Assembly: GCF_006345805.1 (NCBI RefSeq)
Contig: NC_043003.1
Span: forward strand, 98,642,001-98,706,000
DNA length: 64,000 nt
Direction: 5' to 3'
Source of the DNA: Octopus sinensis
Lineage: Eukaryota
Each line of letters begins with the position of its first letter. Position 1 is the stretch's first letter. Positions 63,981 to 64,000 of the stretch are shown piece by piece. The notes beneath the pieces were generated by a model, which worked only from the letters and a program-made list of their open reading frames with translations, ran no database searches and was not told the origin of the DNA. A program made the translations under genes and the position numbers.

Positions 63981-64000
63981 ATGTATGTATGTATGTCATT

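Overview
A 64-kb, AT-rich, repeat-dominated eukaryotic genomic window. It is most likely from an octopod cephalopod, inferred from recognisable OK/OR-type tRNA-SINEs and dense (TA)n, (TATC)n, (CATA)n and (TAA)n microsatellites. I could not identify any host protein-coding exon; nearly all listed ORFs are microsatellite artefacts or transposon fragments. Main content: (1) several families of R4/Dong-clade RLE LINEs stacked in (TAA)n tracts, including one near-full-length copy at ~51.6-55.7 kb, plus a non-coding ~500-bp 5'-truncating TAA-tailed retroposon; (2) several Penelope-like elements (PLEs) in (TA)n tracts: a full Neptune-type copy with two pLTRs at 8.0-12.8 kb, a Naiad-like GIY-YIG 3' end, and solo pLTRs; (3) hammerhead ribozyme (HHR) folds, two with an intact catalytic core (46656-46737 minus, 59746-59809 plus) and several variant or decayed ones; (4) Tx1/L1, RTE and other LINE remnants, Tc1/mariner, hAT and Helitron non-autonomous elements; (5) a 5S-rRNA-derived sequence joined to a SINE 3' tail; (6) large inverted repeats; (7) a 52-bp TTC/GAA-rich minisatellite. 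Coordinates were counted by eye and may be off by a few bases. Frequent 1-nt indels in homopolymers suggest residual long-read error.
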